Shown: positions 46,325 to 57,504 of the stretch, in pieces
How the letters are laid out: every line of letters starts with the position of its first letter
Position numbering within the stretch: position 1 is the first letter of the stretch
Source of the DNA: Nitrospirota bacterium
GTDB lineage: Bacteria; Nitrospirota; UBA9217
DNA length: 64,000 nucleotides
Direction of reading: 5' to 3'
Assembly (NCBI GenBank): GCA_963741205.1
Contig: CAVUHW010000034.1
Location: 32,001-96,000, forward strand
Program-made: the position numbers and the translations under genes
The notes under the pieces: generated by a model
The model's database searches: none
Told to the model about the DNA's origin: nothing
Seen by the model: only the letters and a program-made list of their open reading frames with translations

Positions 46325-47261
46325 ATGGGTAAAATTTACGATGATATAACGAAAACCATCGGCAAAACGCCGCTGGTCAGGATCAACAGATTGACGCGGG
46401 GGCTCAAGGCCGAGGTGATTGCCAAGCTCGAGAAATCCAACCCCCTGGCCAGCGTAAAGGACAGGGTCGGCCTGGCAATGATTGAGGCCGCGGAACAGGC
46501 CGGTCTCATCGACAAGGACTCGGTGATCATCGAGCCCACGAGCGGGAATACCGGCATTGCGCTCGCACTACGTCTGCGCGGTCAAGGGTTACCGGTTGAT
46601 CCTTACCATGCCCGAAACCATGAGCATGGAACGCCGCGCGCTCCTGAGAATTTTAGGCGCAGAGCTGGTGCTGACGGAGGGAAGCAGGGGAATCAAAGGG
46701 GCGATCGAGAAAGCCGAAGAGCTGGCCAAGGAACATCGCGGGACGTTCATTCCCCAACAGTTCAAGAATGCGGCCAATGTGGATATCCATAGAAAGACGA
46801 CGGCAGAAGAGATATGGAATGATACCGACGGAAGAGTAGACGTCCTCGTCGCGGGTGTGGGCACCGGCGGGACCATCACCGGCGTTACGCAGGTCATCAA
46901 AAAGAGGAAACCGTCGTTCAGGGCCATTGCCGTGGAACCGAAGGATTCGCCGGTCCTTTCAGGCGGCAAGCCGGGGCCCCACAAGATCCAGGGCATTGGG
47001 GCGGGATTCGTTCCGGATATTTTGCAACGCGAGCTTATCGACGAAGTCATGCAGGTGTCCAACGATGACGCCGGAGCCACGGCGAGAAGGGCGGCGAGGG
47101 AGGAGGGGCTCTTAGTCGGGATATCGTCCGGCGCGGCGCTCTGGGCGGCAATCGAAGTTGCGAAACGTCCCGAGTGCGAGGGAAAGCTCATCGTTGTCGT
47201 GCTTCCGGACACGGGAGAACGGTATCTGTCAACCTGGCTTTTTCAGGAATACATGCAGTAA
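46325..47261 (+). CDS. cysK: Cysteine synthase A, frameshift near 46565
   Basis: [27 protein letters not shown] and PDTGERYLS. Confidence 0.95.
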
Positions 47262-47283
47262 GTTTGAAGGGAGGGCTGAAGGA

Positions 47284-47553
47284 TCAATTTTGTCTCGCCG
47301 GCCCCGGTTTCAATTTGCCGAAGATTACTGCGCTTTTGTAAAGCCTTAGATAGGTGCGGCCCGAGAGCAGGAGGATGATAATGAGGGCGAACCTGAGCCC
47401 GTTCATGTCTTTTGCGATGAGGCCGTGATACACGAGGAAGGACACCGCGACGATGACCGTTACCACGCTGGATGCGAGAAAAAGTTTTTTTCTCTTCGCA
47501 GCGCCGTTCAAGAACTTTATTTCCTTTTCCGTTAATTTTCTATCGATGTCCAT
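47284..47553 (-). CDS. Small two-TM hypothetical protein
   Basis: 89 aa with two hydrophobic helices; overlaps the stop of the upstream radical SAM gene. Confidence 0.55.
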   Translation of the reverse strand: MDIDRKLTEKEIKFLNGAAKRKKLFLASSVVTVIVAVSFLVYHGLIAKDMNGLRFALIIILLLSGRTYLRLYKSAVIFGKLKPGPARQN

Positions 47554-48815
47554 GCATTCCTCCCATGCCCGCCTTTTGTTTCAGCTCCTCCATGATATCG
47601 GGTGTGATTGTGCCGCAATGATGTTCGCTTGCGTACCGTTCTACCGCGCTTCGCACCATGGCGCGGACAAACGAGGGGACCCTCTTCAGCCGCTCCTCCG
47701 CCTCGCGGGTCCAGACGGGCTTCAACATCATAGTTGATGAATCGTCCTGCTCCTTCTCAAAGGAAGGCGGCTTTATCACTTCACCTCCGCGGGGAATGTA
47801 GCCACACCAGGGATCTTCGGCCAGATAATCCTTGTGTGCAGCGTAAGCCCTCGCCCGGCACCCGCCGCAGAGGAGGCGGTAGACGCACTCGCCGCATTTG
47901 CCTTTCAGAGCGGGTTTTCTGATTGAGTCGAAGAGATCCGAATTTTCCCATATATCTCTCGAATTCCCGGTCCCGTACATTGCCTGCTGAAAGAGGCATA
48001 TAAGGGCAGGGTGTAACATCGCCTTCGGGTGTAATCCTGCAATAGGTGAGGCCGGCGAGACAGCGTCCTGTCCCCATCTTAAGGAGTGGGGATCCGGGAT
48101 CCTTCTCATGCAGGATCCTTCTCATGGTGGGGGCGCACCGCGTCCGTATCTTCATGTCGTCATAGTTCCCCTGTTCTTCGACGATGACCGAAAGGACTTT
48201 TTCGTATTGCCCGGGAGAAATGTCCGTCAGTTCTTCACCCCGGCCGGTGCAGACGAGGAAAAAGGGGCTAAAAACCTGCGCCCCGAGACTGCGGGCATAG
48301 GCGATTAATGAGGGCAGCTCGTCGCAGTTCTTCCCGCTCACGACGGTATTGATCTGCACGGCCATTCCCGCTGTCCTGCAATGCCCGATTGCGGCAACGG
48401 CTTTTTCCCATGCGCCCCGGGAGGAACGGACCGCATCGTGAACTGCGGGTTCCGTGGAATCGAGGCTGATGCTTACGCCGGAAACTCCGCTTCGCCTCAA
48501 CGCGCTCGCCGTCGCTTCATCAATGAGGAGTCCGTTGGAACCCAGAACGACCATCATCCCTTTGCCGGAGGCGTAAGACGACAATTCGAAGAGGTCCTCA
48601 CGGAGAAGGGGCTCGCCCCCGGAGAGGATCAGCATGACCTCGGGATTGACGAGCGCAATCTGATCGATGAGCCGGACGGCCTCCTTCGTCGATAATTCGC
48701 CTGCGGAGGATGTGCCGGAAATTTCTTTTCTCGTCTTCGCGGGGAGGTAACAGTGGGTGCACTCGAGATTGCATCGTCTGGTGACGTTCCAGGATATGAC
48801 GTGGAGATCGCTCAT
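47540..48815 (-). CDS. Radical SAM/SPASM protein (Ahb/NirJ-like) with C-terminal PCP_red-like domain, frameshifted
   Basis: [25 protein letters not shown]...CGGCRARA and tail [17 protein letters not shown]. Confidence 0.85.
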
Positions 48816-48961
48816 AGAAGTGATTATACCATTTAATCCCGGTACAGTCTTGATGCGAATGCCAGATGGTGCGCATCGCACTATGAAGGGGGGATCATGC
48901 CAACCTGAGAGAATTCACGTTCGGAGAATTCGAAATGTCAGGAAAGCACGGCGTGCAGATA

Positions 48962-49120
48962 CTATTTACTAAGGTGCTGTCGAGCTGACGGGGTTTTATT
49001 CAATTCCACCAAAAACCTGTTTTTGTCTTCTTCTGCTCTTGCCAACTCATCAATTCGTTGACGCAACTGTATCAGGTCATTGATGAGTTGTTCTTTTGTT
49101 ATGTCTTCAGGTACTTCCAT
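48962..49120 (-). pseudogene. N-terminal coiled-coil fragment typical of PAS-domain signalling proteins
   Basis: TKEQLINDLIQLRQRIDEL followed by an early stop. Confidence 0.4.
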
Positions 49121-49185
49121 AGTCGTCCCTCTCAAACAGCCTGTGGCTGTCACCACGGCTGACCCGTTCCTTCCGTGCTTCTAAA

Positions 49186-49812
49186 TTAATGATGGTGTTC
49201 TGCGGGCTGCTCCTCTTTCATGCCTCCGTGATCTGCACCCGCTGCGCCTGCGTCCATGTACAGCCGTTCAACATAATGCGTGTACTCTACATAAGCTTCA
49301 ACGAACGCCCGGCCCTTTTCAACGCTTTCGTCCGCATGCTTTTTTGCCTCTCTTACGCGGTTGAACCTCTCACGGATGCCGGCGTCCACGGCTTCCGACA
49401 CATGTTTCATCAGATGATCAGACGACCCCAAATCGAGCGCCTTATCAGCGACCTGGATGATCGGCTCCGCCGGTCCGGACTTGAGCCCGGTGTACGGCGC
49501 GCCCTCGCCTGCCCGATGAATGCGGATAAGCGTCTCAAAGAAATAACGGTCCGCCAGTTCCCTTGCCTCCTTACCCTGCTTGCGTGCCGCAAGGGTCTTC
49601 TGGAACTGTTCCTTGATCTCGTTCTCGTCCTTCTTCTGGACCCATTTAAGCACCGGCGCAATGTCGCCCTTTTCGAGCGCCATCCTTGCCGTATTCACCA
49701 CCGGCCCGTCCATAGTGTCGCAATGGGCCACTCCGTTCTGCGGAGCAAGCCAGACGCCGAGTGCAAGCACGGGTAGCATCATCAGCGTCACACGTCTCAT
49801 TACGTTCTTCAC
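49186..49812 (-). CDS. Exported DUF6448-like protein
   Basis: Signal peptide, HCDTMDGPVV, FFETLIRIHRAGEGAPYTGLK and His-rich tail. Confidence 0.8.
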   Translation of the reverse strand: MKNVMRRVTLMMLPVLALGVWLAPQNGVAHCDTMDGPVVNTARMALEKGDIAPVLKWVQKKDENEIKEQFQKTLAARKQGKEARELADRYFFETLIRIHRAGEGAPYTGLKSGPAEPIIQVADKALDLGSSDHLMKHVSEAVDAGIRERFNRVREAKKHADESVEKGRAFVEAYVEYTHYVERLYMDAGAAGADHGGMKEEQPAEHHH

Positions 49813-49825
49813 GGTACACCTCCTG

Positions 49826-50275
49826 TTAAAGGCCCGTTTTCAACTTCAAATACTCGCCGACCAGTATAGCTGCGGGATACAGTACTTCTTCTTCCGTCTG
49901 CGCGTGCAGTTTCAGCTTCGCGGCAAAATGGACATATTCCGGCTTCCTTTCGTTCTCTGCTACCTCCATGAGCTTATGGAGTGCTGCGATCACGACCTTG
50001 TGCTCATGTAGCATGTGGTTGAGGTCTTTCTTCAGCCGGTCGGTCATGGCGATGACCGAGGGGATATCGGAAGGGATCCTGCCTTCCGACAGCATCGTCA
50101 ATATTCCGAGAGGAGGCATGGCGTATGCCTCCTCCTTCGCAAAGTGCGGATGCAGGAGCTCCGCCACTGATTTTGCCGCTTCGCCGATCCTCCCGCCAGC
50201 CCTGGTAGCCGCAACAAGTTCCGCGTGAAGCTCAGCGTGTTCCTCTTTCAATGGCTTGGGAACGTTCATTTCCAT
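49826..50275 (-). CDS. Hemerythrin-domain protein
   Basis: EEH, HFAKEE, EH and HAQTEEEVLYP motifs. Confidence 0.85.
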   Translation of the reverse strand: MEMNVPKPLKEEHAELHAELVAATRAGGRIGEAAKSVAELLHPHFAKEEAYAMPPLGILTMLSEGRIPSDIPSVIAMTDRLKKDLNHMLHEHKVVIAALHKLMEVAENERKPEYVHFAAKLKLHAQTEEEVLYPAAILVGEYLKLKTGL

Positions 50276-50576
50276 TTCGTCGCACCTCTCTTCGTTGTCT
50301 CTTATTATTCGGTTAACTTAATATTAAGTTAGCATAAAACAGGGAAGCCAGATTAGATATTTTAGGGGCTTGCATAAACATGACATGCATTAATAAATTC
50401 GGAAGGTACTATTGACTGATGCAAAGAATAAGAACTCCACTGGTACAGGAAGGACAGTTGAATAAAAACTTCAAACGGAATTATTCATTTTCTTTGTGGC
50501 CCAGGCTCTACGGGCTGCACCTACTTTTCTGCAACTGCGTCCTAATGCGACAATGGTTAAATACAGGCCGTTAATT

Positions 50577-50633
50577 GATAATGATCCGCTTCAGTCTCGG
50601 TTGGCTGCCGTCAGCCGGAAGCGTTGGTTAGGC
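50577..50633 (-). mobile_element. Degenerate attC-like site
   Basis: Minus strand GCCTAAC-CAA-CGCTTCCGG...CTGAAGCG-GATC-ATTATC, with the R''/L''/L'/R' layout. Confidence 0.55.
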
Positions 50634-51024
50634 ATTCATCTTGCGGCCACTTCTGGAGCCAATCACGGGCAGTATCCACATCCATGAATATGCCTACTGG
50701 GCCGCAAAAGTTGTGAACAACGTCGTCGAAAAAGGGGTCGATCATGTCCTTCCTTGCTAGTATTGCAATGCGAAGACCGACACGGGTCGCAGATGCAGCA
50801 TCTTGACCTGCCTTATACATCTCCATGGTACCAAAATCAACCTGCAAATCCCTAGCATCAATCAATGCTTTCTTACAGTTGTGGGCTGAGCATGCATCAA
50901 TAAGCGGCTGGAAGCAATTCTTCCATTTGTCGAGTAGCTCATTTGGGAACTTTCCTGATAGGCGTATATGAAGCACGCCTTCTTCGAATCGGAATTCTTC
51001 ATTATATCTTGTCATATCCTTCAT
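50611..51024 (-). CDS. Low-GC hypothetical (STAS/SpoIIAA-like), probable integron cassette gene
   Basis: ALIDARDL and F...DTARDWL motifs; attC-like sequences on both sides. Confidence 0.65.
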   Translation of the reverse strand: MKDMTRYNEEFRFEEGVLHIRLSGKFPNELLDKWKNCFQPLIDACSAHNCKKALIDARDLQVDFGTMEMYKAGQDAASATRVGLRIAILARKDMIDPFFDDVVHNFCGPVGIFMDVDTARDWLQKWPQDECLTNASG

Positions 51025-51273
51025 ATCCTTTGTCCTTCGATACCTAATGCGGCAGTTAAGGTGCGCCGTCGGTTATATAATAAAACAACTTCAAGTATGC
51101 GACCAGCCCTGTTATCTTGTTCAATACACCTTCAGGAAGAAAGCGAGAGAAATAGGGGCAGAGTCAAGCATTATTGCATTCACTCCAGACTCATAACACA
51201 GGAAGGGCTTGTCGTAACCGGCAAGCCCTTCGCTATGTTCGGATCAATCCACGAGTTGTTGATAAAAATGGGT

Positions 51274-51685
51274 CTAGCTCGCCCCCAGCGCCTTTGCCGC
51301 TTTGTTCACGTCCTTCGTCCCGACCCAGAGGATGACAGCATAGCGGCCTCCGCCGGCCGATACGGCCTCCGTGGCCGTAATGTTGATCTTCTTCTCCGCC
51401 AGTGTTTTGAGCAGGTCTGCCACGGCGCCCTTCCGGTCATCGCCCTGTACCAGGAACCCGAACTTCTGGGGACGCGTCTTGATCTTCGCCGCCTTGGCGG
51501 CATTCTTAAAAACTGCCACGTCCTCGGGGATAATATCGAGTTGCGTCTTCCTGTCGCTTGGGAATCCCGAGAATGCCAGCAGGTTCACTCCCGCATCTGC
51601 CAAAGTCCTCAGCACCCGCGCCCCCTCACCCGGCTTGTTCGGGACCTCCATCGCAAAATACGCCACCTTCCTGACAGTATCCCAT
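51274..51685 (-). CDS. Tandem ACT-domain protein
   Basis: VPNKPGEGA..L..LADAGVNL and DRKGAVADLL..LAEKKINI. Confidence 0.8.
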
Positions 51686-52109
51686 ATCAGACACCTCCTT
51701 TTAAGCTATTATAGCAGCTTTAAAAGATGCGCCTTTGTCCTAGCGACCATTTATGATAAAAAGTATTTAAGAGAATACAGTGACGGCATGCATATGGGGG
51801 GAATTTGCCGTCTGCAGGGGAAAAGGTGAACGCCACAAGGATAGTCTAGGATATCAGATTCGAGGTGAAGTTGATAGTTTAAGCATCATTGCTGAGCGAG
51901 AACTTCAGGATGGATGGTTCGCTGAAGGTTACGATTGCAAATATGGTTCTCTCAAACCGAAAAGGGCCTTCCAACCCGAGGTCAGAAGGCTCTTTTACCG
52001 ATGATTGTTCACAGATGATAGCTGTTATTTATTTCACAGGATCGGAAGGTTGTTGGCTGGAAGCGATTGTAGGGCGGAGCCTTTAACTAATACAGGTTGT
52101 AAATCGTCG

Positions 52110-52316
52110 TTACCTCGTAGCTTGTTTCGTCGGCTCACCATATTCCTCGAATATCTGCTTGCACAGCCTGATAAGTTTTCGTTTTGCCGTTTCTTCCAAC
52201 TCGGGCAGTTCGTCGCCCATATGTTGATAGCATTCAATCAAATCAGCTACAGTATTTTCAAAAATGCATTTGTGCTTGTTTGAGATGAAGTTTATCGCGC
52301 TGCATTCTTCAACCAC
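52110..52316 (-). CDS. Small low-GC hypothetical protein
   Basis: Open 68-aa frame only; no family recognised. Confidence 0.3.
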   Translation of the reverse strand: MVEECSAINFISNKHKCIFENTVADLIECYQHMGDELPELEETAKRKLIRLCKQIFEEYGEPTKQATR

Positions 52317-52421
52317 GATCCTACAAGTCTTCGGAGCTCAGCTGGCAAGTGATGTTTGCGGAGAAATGGGCTAAACGTTACTTATGATCCTTAGGCGCTT
52401 CTCAGGGGTGAGCAAAACCGA

Positions 52422-52829
52422 CTAAATGATAAATCCGAGGTTATTAAGAACCTCGACCAGTTTTTCCTTGGTAATCGGCTTTGTTAGGTATGCATCACAC
52501 TGCGAATGCAAAGCCTTCACACCGCCCTGCGGAAACTCCATCACGCTCGTCATCACAACCTTAACACGGTTTTGTGCGGCGACTTTCATTTTCCTCTCAT
52601 ATTCACGTAAATACCGTAAAACGTACCTGCCATCAATGCCCGGCATCAGGATATCGAGCAGTATCAGGTCAGGCATCATCTTATGCATCATCGCAATGGC
52701 TTCTTCTCCGCTGGTTGCATAACATGTATCAAACTTGTCTCCAAGCATCTCGTTGAGAATCTGAATACTGAGAGGATGATCGTCAACTATCAAAATTGTC
52801 TTTTTTTTGTGTGCGGTATCCAAGGACAT
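52422..52829 (-). CDS. Single-domain response regulator
   Basis: ILIVDD, PDLILLDILMP and YLTKP. Confidence 0.85.
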   Translation of the reverse strand: MSLDTAHKKKTILIVDDHPLSIQILNEMLGDKFDTCYATSGEEAIAMMHKMMPDLILLDILMPGIDGRYVLRYLREYERKMKVAAQNRVKVVMTSVMEFPQGGVKALHSQCDAYLTKPITKEKLVEVLNNLGFII

Positions 52830-52844
52830 TTCTTCCTTCAAATG

Positions 52845-52950
52845 TGATGACCCCGCCCTGCCCACGAGGACGACTGTCGTAACGTCGCCGATCAGGCCGT
52901 GGTCCTCGATGGCGAAAACCGTCTACTTTTTGATCGGGAAATCGCTTCAA
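52845..52950 (-). pseudogene. Short remnant resembling a GH15/trehalase N-terminus
   Basis: Reads IEDHGLIGDVTTVVLVGRAGS. Confidence 0.4.
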
Positions 52951-52965
52951 TGGCAACAGGAGTCC

Positions 52966-53592
52966 TTAAGGTTTCCTGAGCACCGCCCGCGCAGGTGCGC
53001 CTTCGCTGTTCAACACCTTGAGCGGAAGACAAATAAGTTCATAAGCCCCCGGCGCGACTCCGGAAAGATCAAGACTTTCTATGATCCATACGCCTGCTTC
53101 AAGAAGAATGCGGTGCGTTTCGCTGCCGTCTTTCCCGTATTCTCCTACGGAGAGATAGTCGATGCCCACGGCCCTAACACCCTGTCCGGCAAGAAAACGC
53201 GCAGCCTCGACGGAAATATGCACAAAGTCCTCGATGAATGAAGACGTCTTCCAGCATCGTTCAGAATTTCTGGTCTTGAACAGGATCCTTTCACCGCCGC
53301 GTATATTATGGCGCGCCAGCTCTTCGGGTTTGACGGACTCGGAATCGGATATTTCCAGCACCCGCGCAGTGCCAATCGTCGCGTCAAAGGGCATCTCAAG
53401 AAGACCCTTACCTGTCCGGATGAAATGGAGCGGCGCATCAATATGGGTCCCCGCATGGGAGCCCATTGAGATCACCGAAAGATTCATTTCGTCGCCCAGT
53501 TCCATGTCCCGGGTCCGTTCTATGAGAACGGGTCGGTCTCCAGGCCAGTGAACCATTCCGGTTTTTAATGTTAGTGAAATATCAATCCACAT
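52966..53592 (-). CDS. Cyclase family (kynurenine formamidase-like) protein
   Basis: HAGTHIDAPLHF, GIDYLSV and GAPARAVL. Confidence 0.9.
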   Translation of the reverse strand: MWIDISLTLKTGMVHWPGDRPVLIERTRDMELGDEMNLSVISMGSHAGTHIDAPLHFIRTGKGLLEMPFDATIGTARVLEISDSESVKPEELARHNIRGGERILFKTRNSERCWKTSSFIEDFVHISVEAARFLAGQGVRAVGIDYLSVGEYGKDGSETHRILLEAGVWIIESLDLSGVAPGAYELICLPLKVLNSEGAPARAVLRKP

Positions 53593-53796
53593 GGGCTGCT
53601 GTGCAGTCGCCGATTCGGTGGCCCCCTCCAGCTCGCGTATCTCCGCATCTCGCGGCGCATCAGGGCCGGCATATCCTTTCGATCTTACTAGGAAGCTGCT
53701 CGTAGACTCTACTGTCTAAGTTTAGCACGGCGTTATCGATTTCGGCTTGAACTGATGATTGTTTCTGTAAATTGAACTAAAGTCCGCGCTTTCTAC

Positions 53797-54965
53797 CTGC
53801 TAGGGGCGAAGCGCCAGGAGGGGGTCAAGCGGACTGTTTTGGATGTGGATTGGTGCGTTGTCTGTGCTACAAACGATATGCAATCTTATAATATAGTGCC
53901 GATGGCTGCAACGTATTATTGAGTTGCACTATCAGGATTCATCACCTATATTAGAGATGTGGCGATTTCAAGCGGCATAAAATTCCGTTGCTACCCGACC
54001 ACGGAGCAGGCTACTACCCTATCGGGATGGATAGGTTGCCAACGTCTTATCTACAACGCCAAGGTTGCGGAGGAGCGTTATTTCCGTACTTTCTGGAATC
54101 ATTCACTGTCGATGACCGGACTACAGTCGCCGATTGATCAGCAGTACTCCCAGTTCAAGGACAAGGAACTCACTCCGTTTTTATACAATGTGCCGTCTCA
54201 GATCCTGAGGAATGGCGCAACCAGGTTCATGGGCTCCTACAGGAGATACCTGACAGGACTGGCTGGTCGCCCTGCTTATAAAAAGAAGGCTGGACGGCAG
54301 TCCGTCTGGATTACCAGCGAGCTATTCAGGTTCGTTCCTACTGGAGGCTCAAAACAGCGGCAGACAAAACAATATATGAGCACCGGCTGATGCTTGGCAC
54401 AAAGTCGGTCGATCTGGGCGAACTTAAGTTCAAGGCTCACGACGAGTACGAAATTCCTGCGGCTATCACCATTACCCGGGAGTCCGGGAAATGGTATGTC
54501 TCCTTCTCCTATGAGAAGCAAGGCACAGTTTTAAGCGAGCAGGAACTTCTCGAGCTTTACGGCGGCATGTCATCAGAGAGTCTTAATACCGTTACCCTGG
54601 GAATGGACCTAGGGGTTGTAATCCCGCTGGCAACAAGCGACGGATTTATGCATGACTTCTCCGGCACACAAAAGGAGCGACTGGCAAAAAAGGATGCTCG
54701 GAAGAAGAGATATCAGAGGCAAATGGCGAGGCGGATCAAAGGATCCGGCCGATTTAGGCAATCAGTTGCGAAATCAGCCCGGTGCCAGGTGTATGCTGCC
54801 AATGTGAGGCATGATTTCGCGCATAAGGCCAGCCGCAAGCTCGTGGATTCACCCGCGGAGGTGTTCGTCTTCGAGGACCTCAAGGTCAAGAACATGACCA
54901 GAGCGCCAAAACCGAAGAAGTCGGCGGGCGGGACGTATATTGCGAACGGGTCAAAGGCCAAGGCC
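53797..54965 (+). mobile_element. tnpB: TnpB element, family A copy 2; tnpB from 53959, 3'-truncated
   Basis: Closely matches 23744-24903; similarity stops after AKA, with no zinc finger, RuvC-III or right end. Confidence 0.88.
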
Positions 54966-55107
54966 CCTCACAAGAACAGATTGTGTAGACCTCGGACCAC
55001 ACCGTTTTCATTCTATCGAGCCATCCCTGGATAGAGTTGCAACATTCTGACAGGTCTGGAAGGCGTCGCCTGGATAGATGAGAATCCTTTTAGCGCCCTG
55101 AAAAGGA

Positions 55108-56046
55108 CTATTCCTGTTTGAAAGGCCCCCGAACCTTGCGTACGTCGGCCCAGATGTCCACGACGCCGAGGGCTATGACGAACACGATGGACGGCAGTGC
55201 GAGGATAAGAGCCATGATGAGCCCACGGATAAACGGCTTGATATGGGCCTTCAGGAGATAGTGCTCCACGATCGCGGCGCCCTGGGCGAGGTACACCACG
55301 GCGAAGATGATGGCGAGATTCCAGCCGATGAGCCGCATAGACTCCTGCGGCACCACGACGAGCGCGAGGGCCGCAATAAGGCCCCATACCCAGCTATCGG
55401 GAGCAAACCACGATGCGAAGGAAGGCCGGGCAATGGCGGGCGCGTTATCCGGTCTTCGCGCGATGATTGCGCGGGCAAGTCCATAGCAGCACGCCGCCTG
55501 CGTCACCGAGGTCGCCAGGGTAATGCTGGGGAGGAGACGCACAAGATAGTGAATGAAGGAGTCAGAGACCGCGTTGACGTAGGACGCCATTTCCGTCATG
55601 CCCAGGCCGGTATAAAATTTTGCCGCTTCGGCAAGGCTCCCCCGAAGGTATGCTTCCACCGCGGTCATAGGGTTTTTCCCGACGCGGATGAAATATAAGG
55701 AAAAAAGGAGGGCGGCCGCCGCCATGGGCAGGAGACCGCCCAGGAGTGCTATGCGCTCGGGTTTCATGTTCCTGCGCATGCCTTCGGCCGTTGCCGCGGC
55801 CATGAGGCCGAAACTGAAGAGGAAAACTGTCGCGGCCTGCCACCCACCGAGCAGGCCGGAGAGAAGGACCGACGCGAGGAGGGCGGCCGCGCCTTCACGT
55901 CTGCCGGTCCGGACGAAAACAACAATGAGCGGCACCGGCGCGAACAGGGCGAGTACCTGTCCGGCCACGGGAATAATAAAGGCCGCGGCGTAGAGCCCCA
56001 CGGTCTGTATCGCGGCGAGAAAGACCGCTCTGTAGTTCATGGGCAT
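55108..56046 (-). CDS. DUF2232/YybS family membrane protein
   Basis: Multi-TM; YLAQG and LGVVDIWAD motifs; usual position after rpsR. Confidence 0.85.
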   Translation of the reverse strand: MPMNYRAVFLAAIQTVGLYAAAFIIPVAGQVLALFAPVPLIVVFVRTGRREGAAALLASVLLSGLLGGWQAATVFLFSFGLMAAATAEGMRRNMKPERIALLGGLLPMAAAALLFSLYFIRVGKNPMTAVEAYLRGSLAEAAKFYTGLGMTEMASYVNAVSDSFIHYLVRLLPSITLATSVTQAACCYGLARAIIARRPDNAPAIARPSFASWFAPDSWVWGLIAALALVVVPQESMRLIGWNLAIIFAVVYLAQGAAIVEHYLLKAHIKPFIRGLIMALILALPSIVFVIALGVVDIWADVRKVRGPFKQE

Positions 56047-56142
56047 CTCCAAAAAAAGGGGAAACCCAGGTCATAATGTGGCAACCTCGAGTTTCCCCTG
56101 AATGGTGAAATCTGTAAGGGAGGGCGCTCGGACCCGGCCCGC

Positions 56143-56496
56143 TTATTTCTCGCCGGAAAAGGGAATGAGCGCGATGTTCCTGCACCGCTGGACCGCAACG
56201 GTGACCTCTCTCTGGTGCCGGGCGCAGTTGCCGGAGATGCGTCTGGGCAGGATTTTGCCCCGCTCGGTGATGAAAAACCGGAGCGTCTTGACGTCCTTGT
56301 AATCGATGAAGGGCGATTTATCCACGCAGAAGCGGCATACCTTCTTGCGGACCTGGAACCTTCTCCGCTTGTCGCCGCCCGCGCGTCCGCGGTCATCTCT
56401 ATCGCCTCTGCCTCGTGAATCGGGTCCTCTGTCCCCTGATCTCGGGGGACCTGACGGTCTCGATGGACCTGATGATCTTGCCTGAAACTCTGCCAT
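56143..56496 (-). CDS. rpsR: 30S ribosomal protein S18 with Arg/Gly-rich N-terminal extension
   Basis: CRFC, IDYKD and [14 protein letters not shown]. Confidence 0.96.
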   Translation of the reverse strand: MAEFQARSSGPSRPSGPPRSGDRGPDSRGRGDRDDRGRAGGDKRRRFQVRKKVCRFCVDKSPFIDYKDVKTLRFFITERGKILPRRISGNCARHQREVTVAVQRCRNIALIPFSGEK

Positions 56497-56552
56497 AATA
56501 GTTACTCCTCTTAGGAATTGTTTATGCGCGTATGATGCTCAGCCCGGGCGTC

Positions 56553-56972
56553 TCAAAAGGGAATATCTCCCTCGTCCACCGGGGCCTCGGGCGCTGGTTC
56601 GGCATGGCCGTGTCCCTGGCCCTGTCCTTGCCCGCCGCCTGACGAGCGCTTCGGCATGAAGTTGACGGACTGGGCTACCACCTCGATTTTGTTCCGTTTC
56701 TGCCCGTCTTCGGTTTCCCAGCGCCGCTGCTGGAGCCTGCCGTCGATCAGGACGGAGTCTCCCTTGTTGATGTACTGGCCGCAGGATTCCGCCTGTTTTC
56801 CGAAGACGACGATGTCGATGTAGCTGACCTCTTCCTTGGTCTCGTCACCCTGTTTGTACTTGCGGTTGACCGCAATGGCAAAACTCGCCACGGCGATGCC
56901 GTTCGGGGTGTACCGGACTTCGGGATCGCGGGTCAGATTGCCCAGCAGGATTACCTTGTTGAAGCTCGTCAT
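56553..56972 (-). CDS. ssb: Single-stranded DNA-binding protein
   Basis: NKVILLGNLTRDPE and C-terminal DIPF. Confidence 0.97.
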   Translation of the reverse strand: MTSFNKVILLGNLTRDPEVRYTPNGIAVASFAIAVNRKYKQGDETKEEVSYIDIVVFGKQAESCGQYINKGDSVLIDGRLQQRRWETEDGQKRNKIEVVAQSVNFMPKRSSGGGQGQGQGHGHAEPAPEAPVDEGDIPF

Positions 56973-57013
56973 CGCGTTACCTCATGGGGCGGCCGGAAGG
57001 CCGCAGCCAAACT

Positions 57014-57095
57014 AGATGCTTGATATCGGATGCTGGATGAACGCGGCTAATGTCGCGTACGGATCAGTTTATCGAGCATCAAGCATCCACTATCC
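57014..57095. repeat. Inverted heptamer-repeat insert (GGATGCT / AGCATCC)
   Basis: agatgct tgatatc ggatgct ggatg ... tatcgag catcaag catccac tatcc, between rpsF and ssb. Confidence 0.7.
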
Positions 57096-57119
57096 GGCTC
57101 ATAGGGTTGTCCCTTGCGA

Positions 57120-57494
57120 TCAGCTTTGCGTCTGAGCCTGACCGCCCTCTGCTGCTGCCTTGGCTAAGTCCTTTTTCTTCGGTTTCGGCGGCGCTTTGAC
57201 GCGCAGTTCCTTCTCAAGCTTAACCGTGATGAACTTGATGACAGCGTCCGTCATTTTATAGGTGCGCTCGAGTTCGGCAACTGCAGCCGGGGCCGACTTG
57301 AACTGAAAGAAGGCATAGTGGCCGCGCTTCTGCTTCTTGATCTCGTAGGCCAGCTTTTTCTTGCCCCAGTCCTCGAACTTGAGCATTTCTCCGCCCTGTT
57401 TCGTGACAACATCCTGCATTTTCTTGATAACATTGGCGATCTCTTCATCGGTGATGTTGGCGTTGACGATGAAGATAGATTCGTAAATCGGCAT
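57120..57494 (-). CDS. rpsF: 30S ribosomal protein S6
   Basis: YESIFI and WGKKKLAYEIKK...GHY. Confidence 0.96.
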   Translation of the reverse strand: MPIYESIFIVNANITDEEIANVIKKMQDVVTKQGGEMLKFEDWGKKKLAYEIKKQKRGHYAFFQFKSAPAAVAELERTYKMTDAVIKFITVKLEKELRVKAPPKPKKKDLAKAAAEGGQAQTQS

Positions 57495-57504
57495 GGAGTG
57501 TTCC

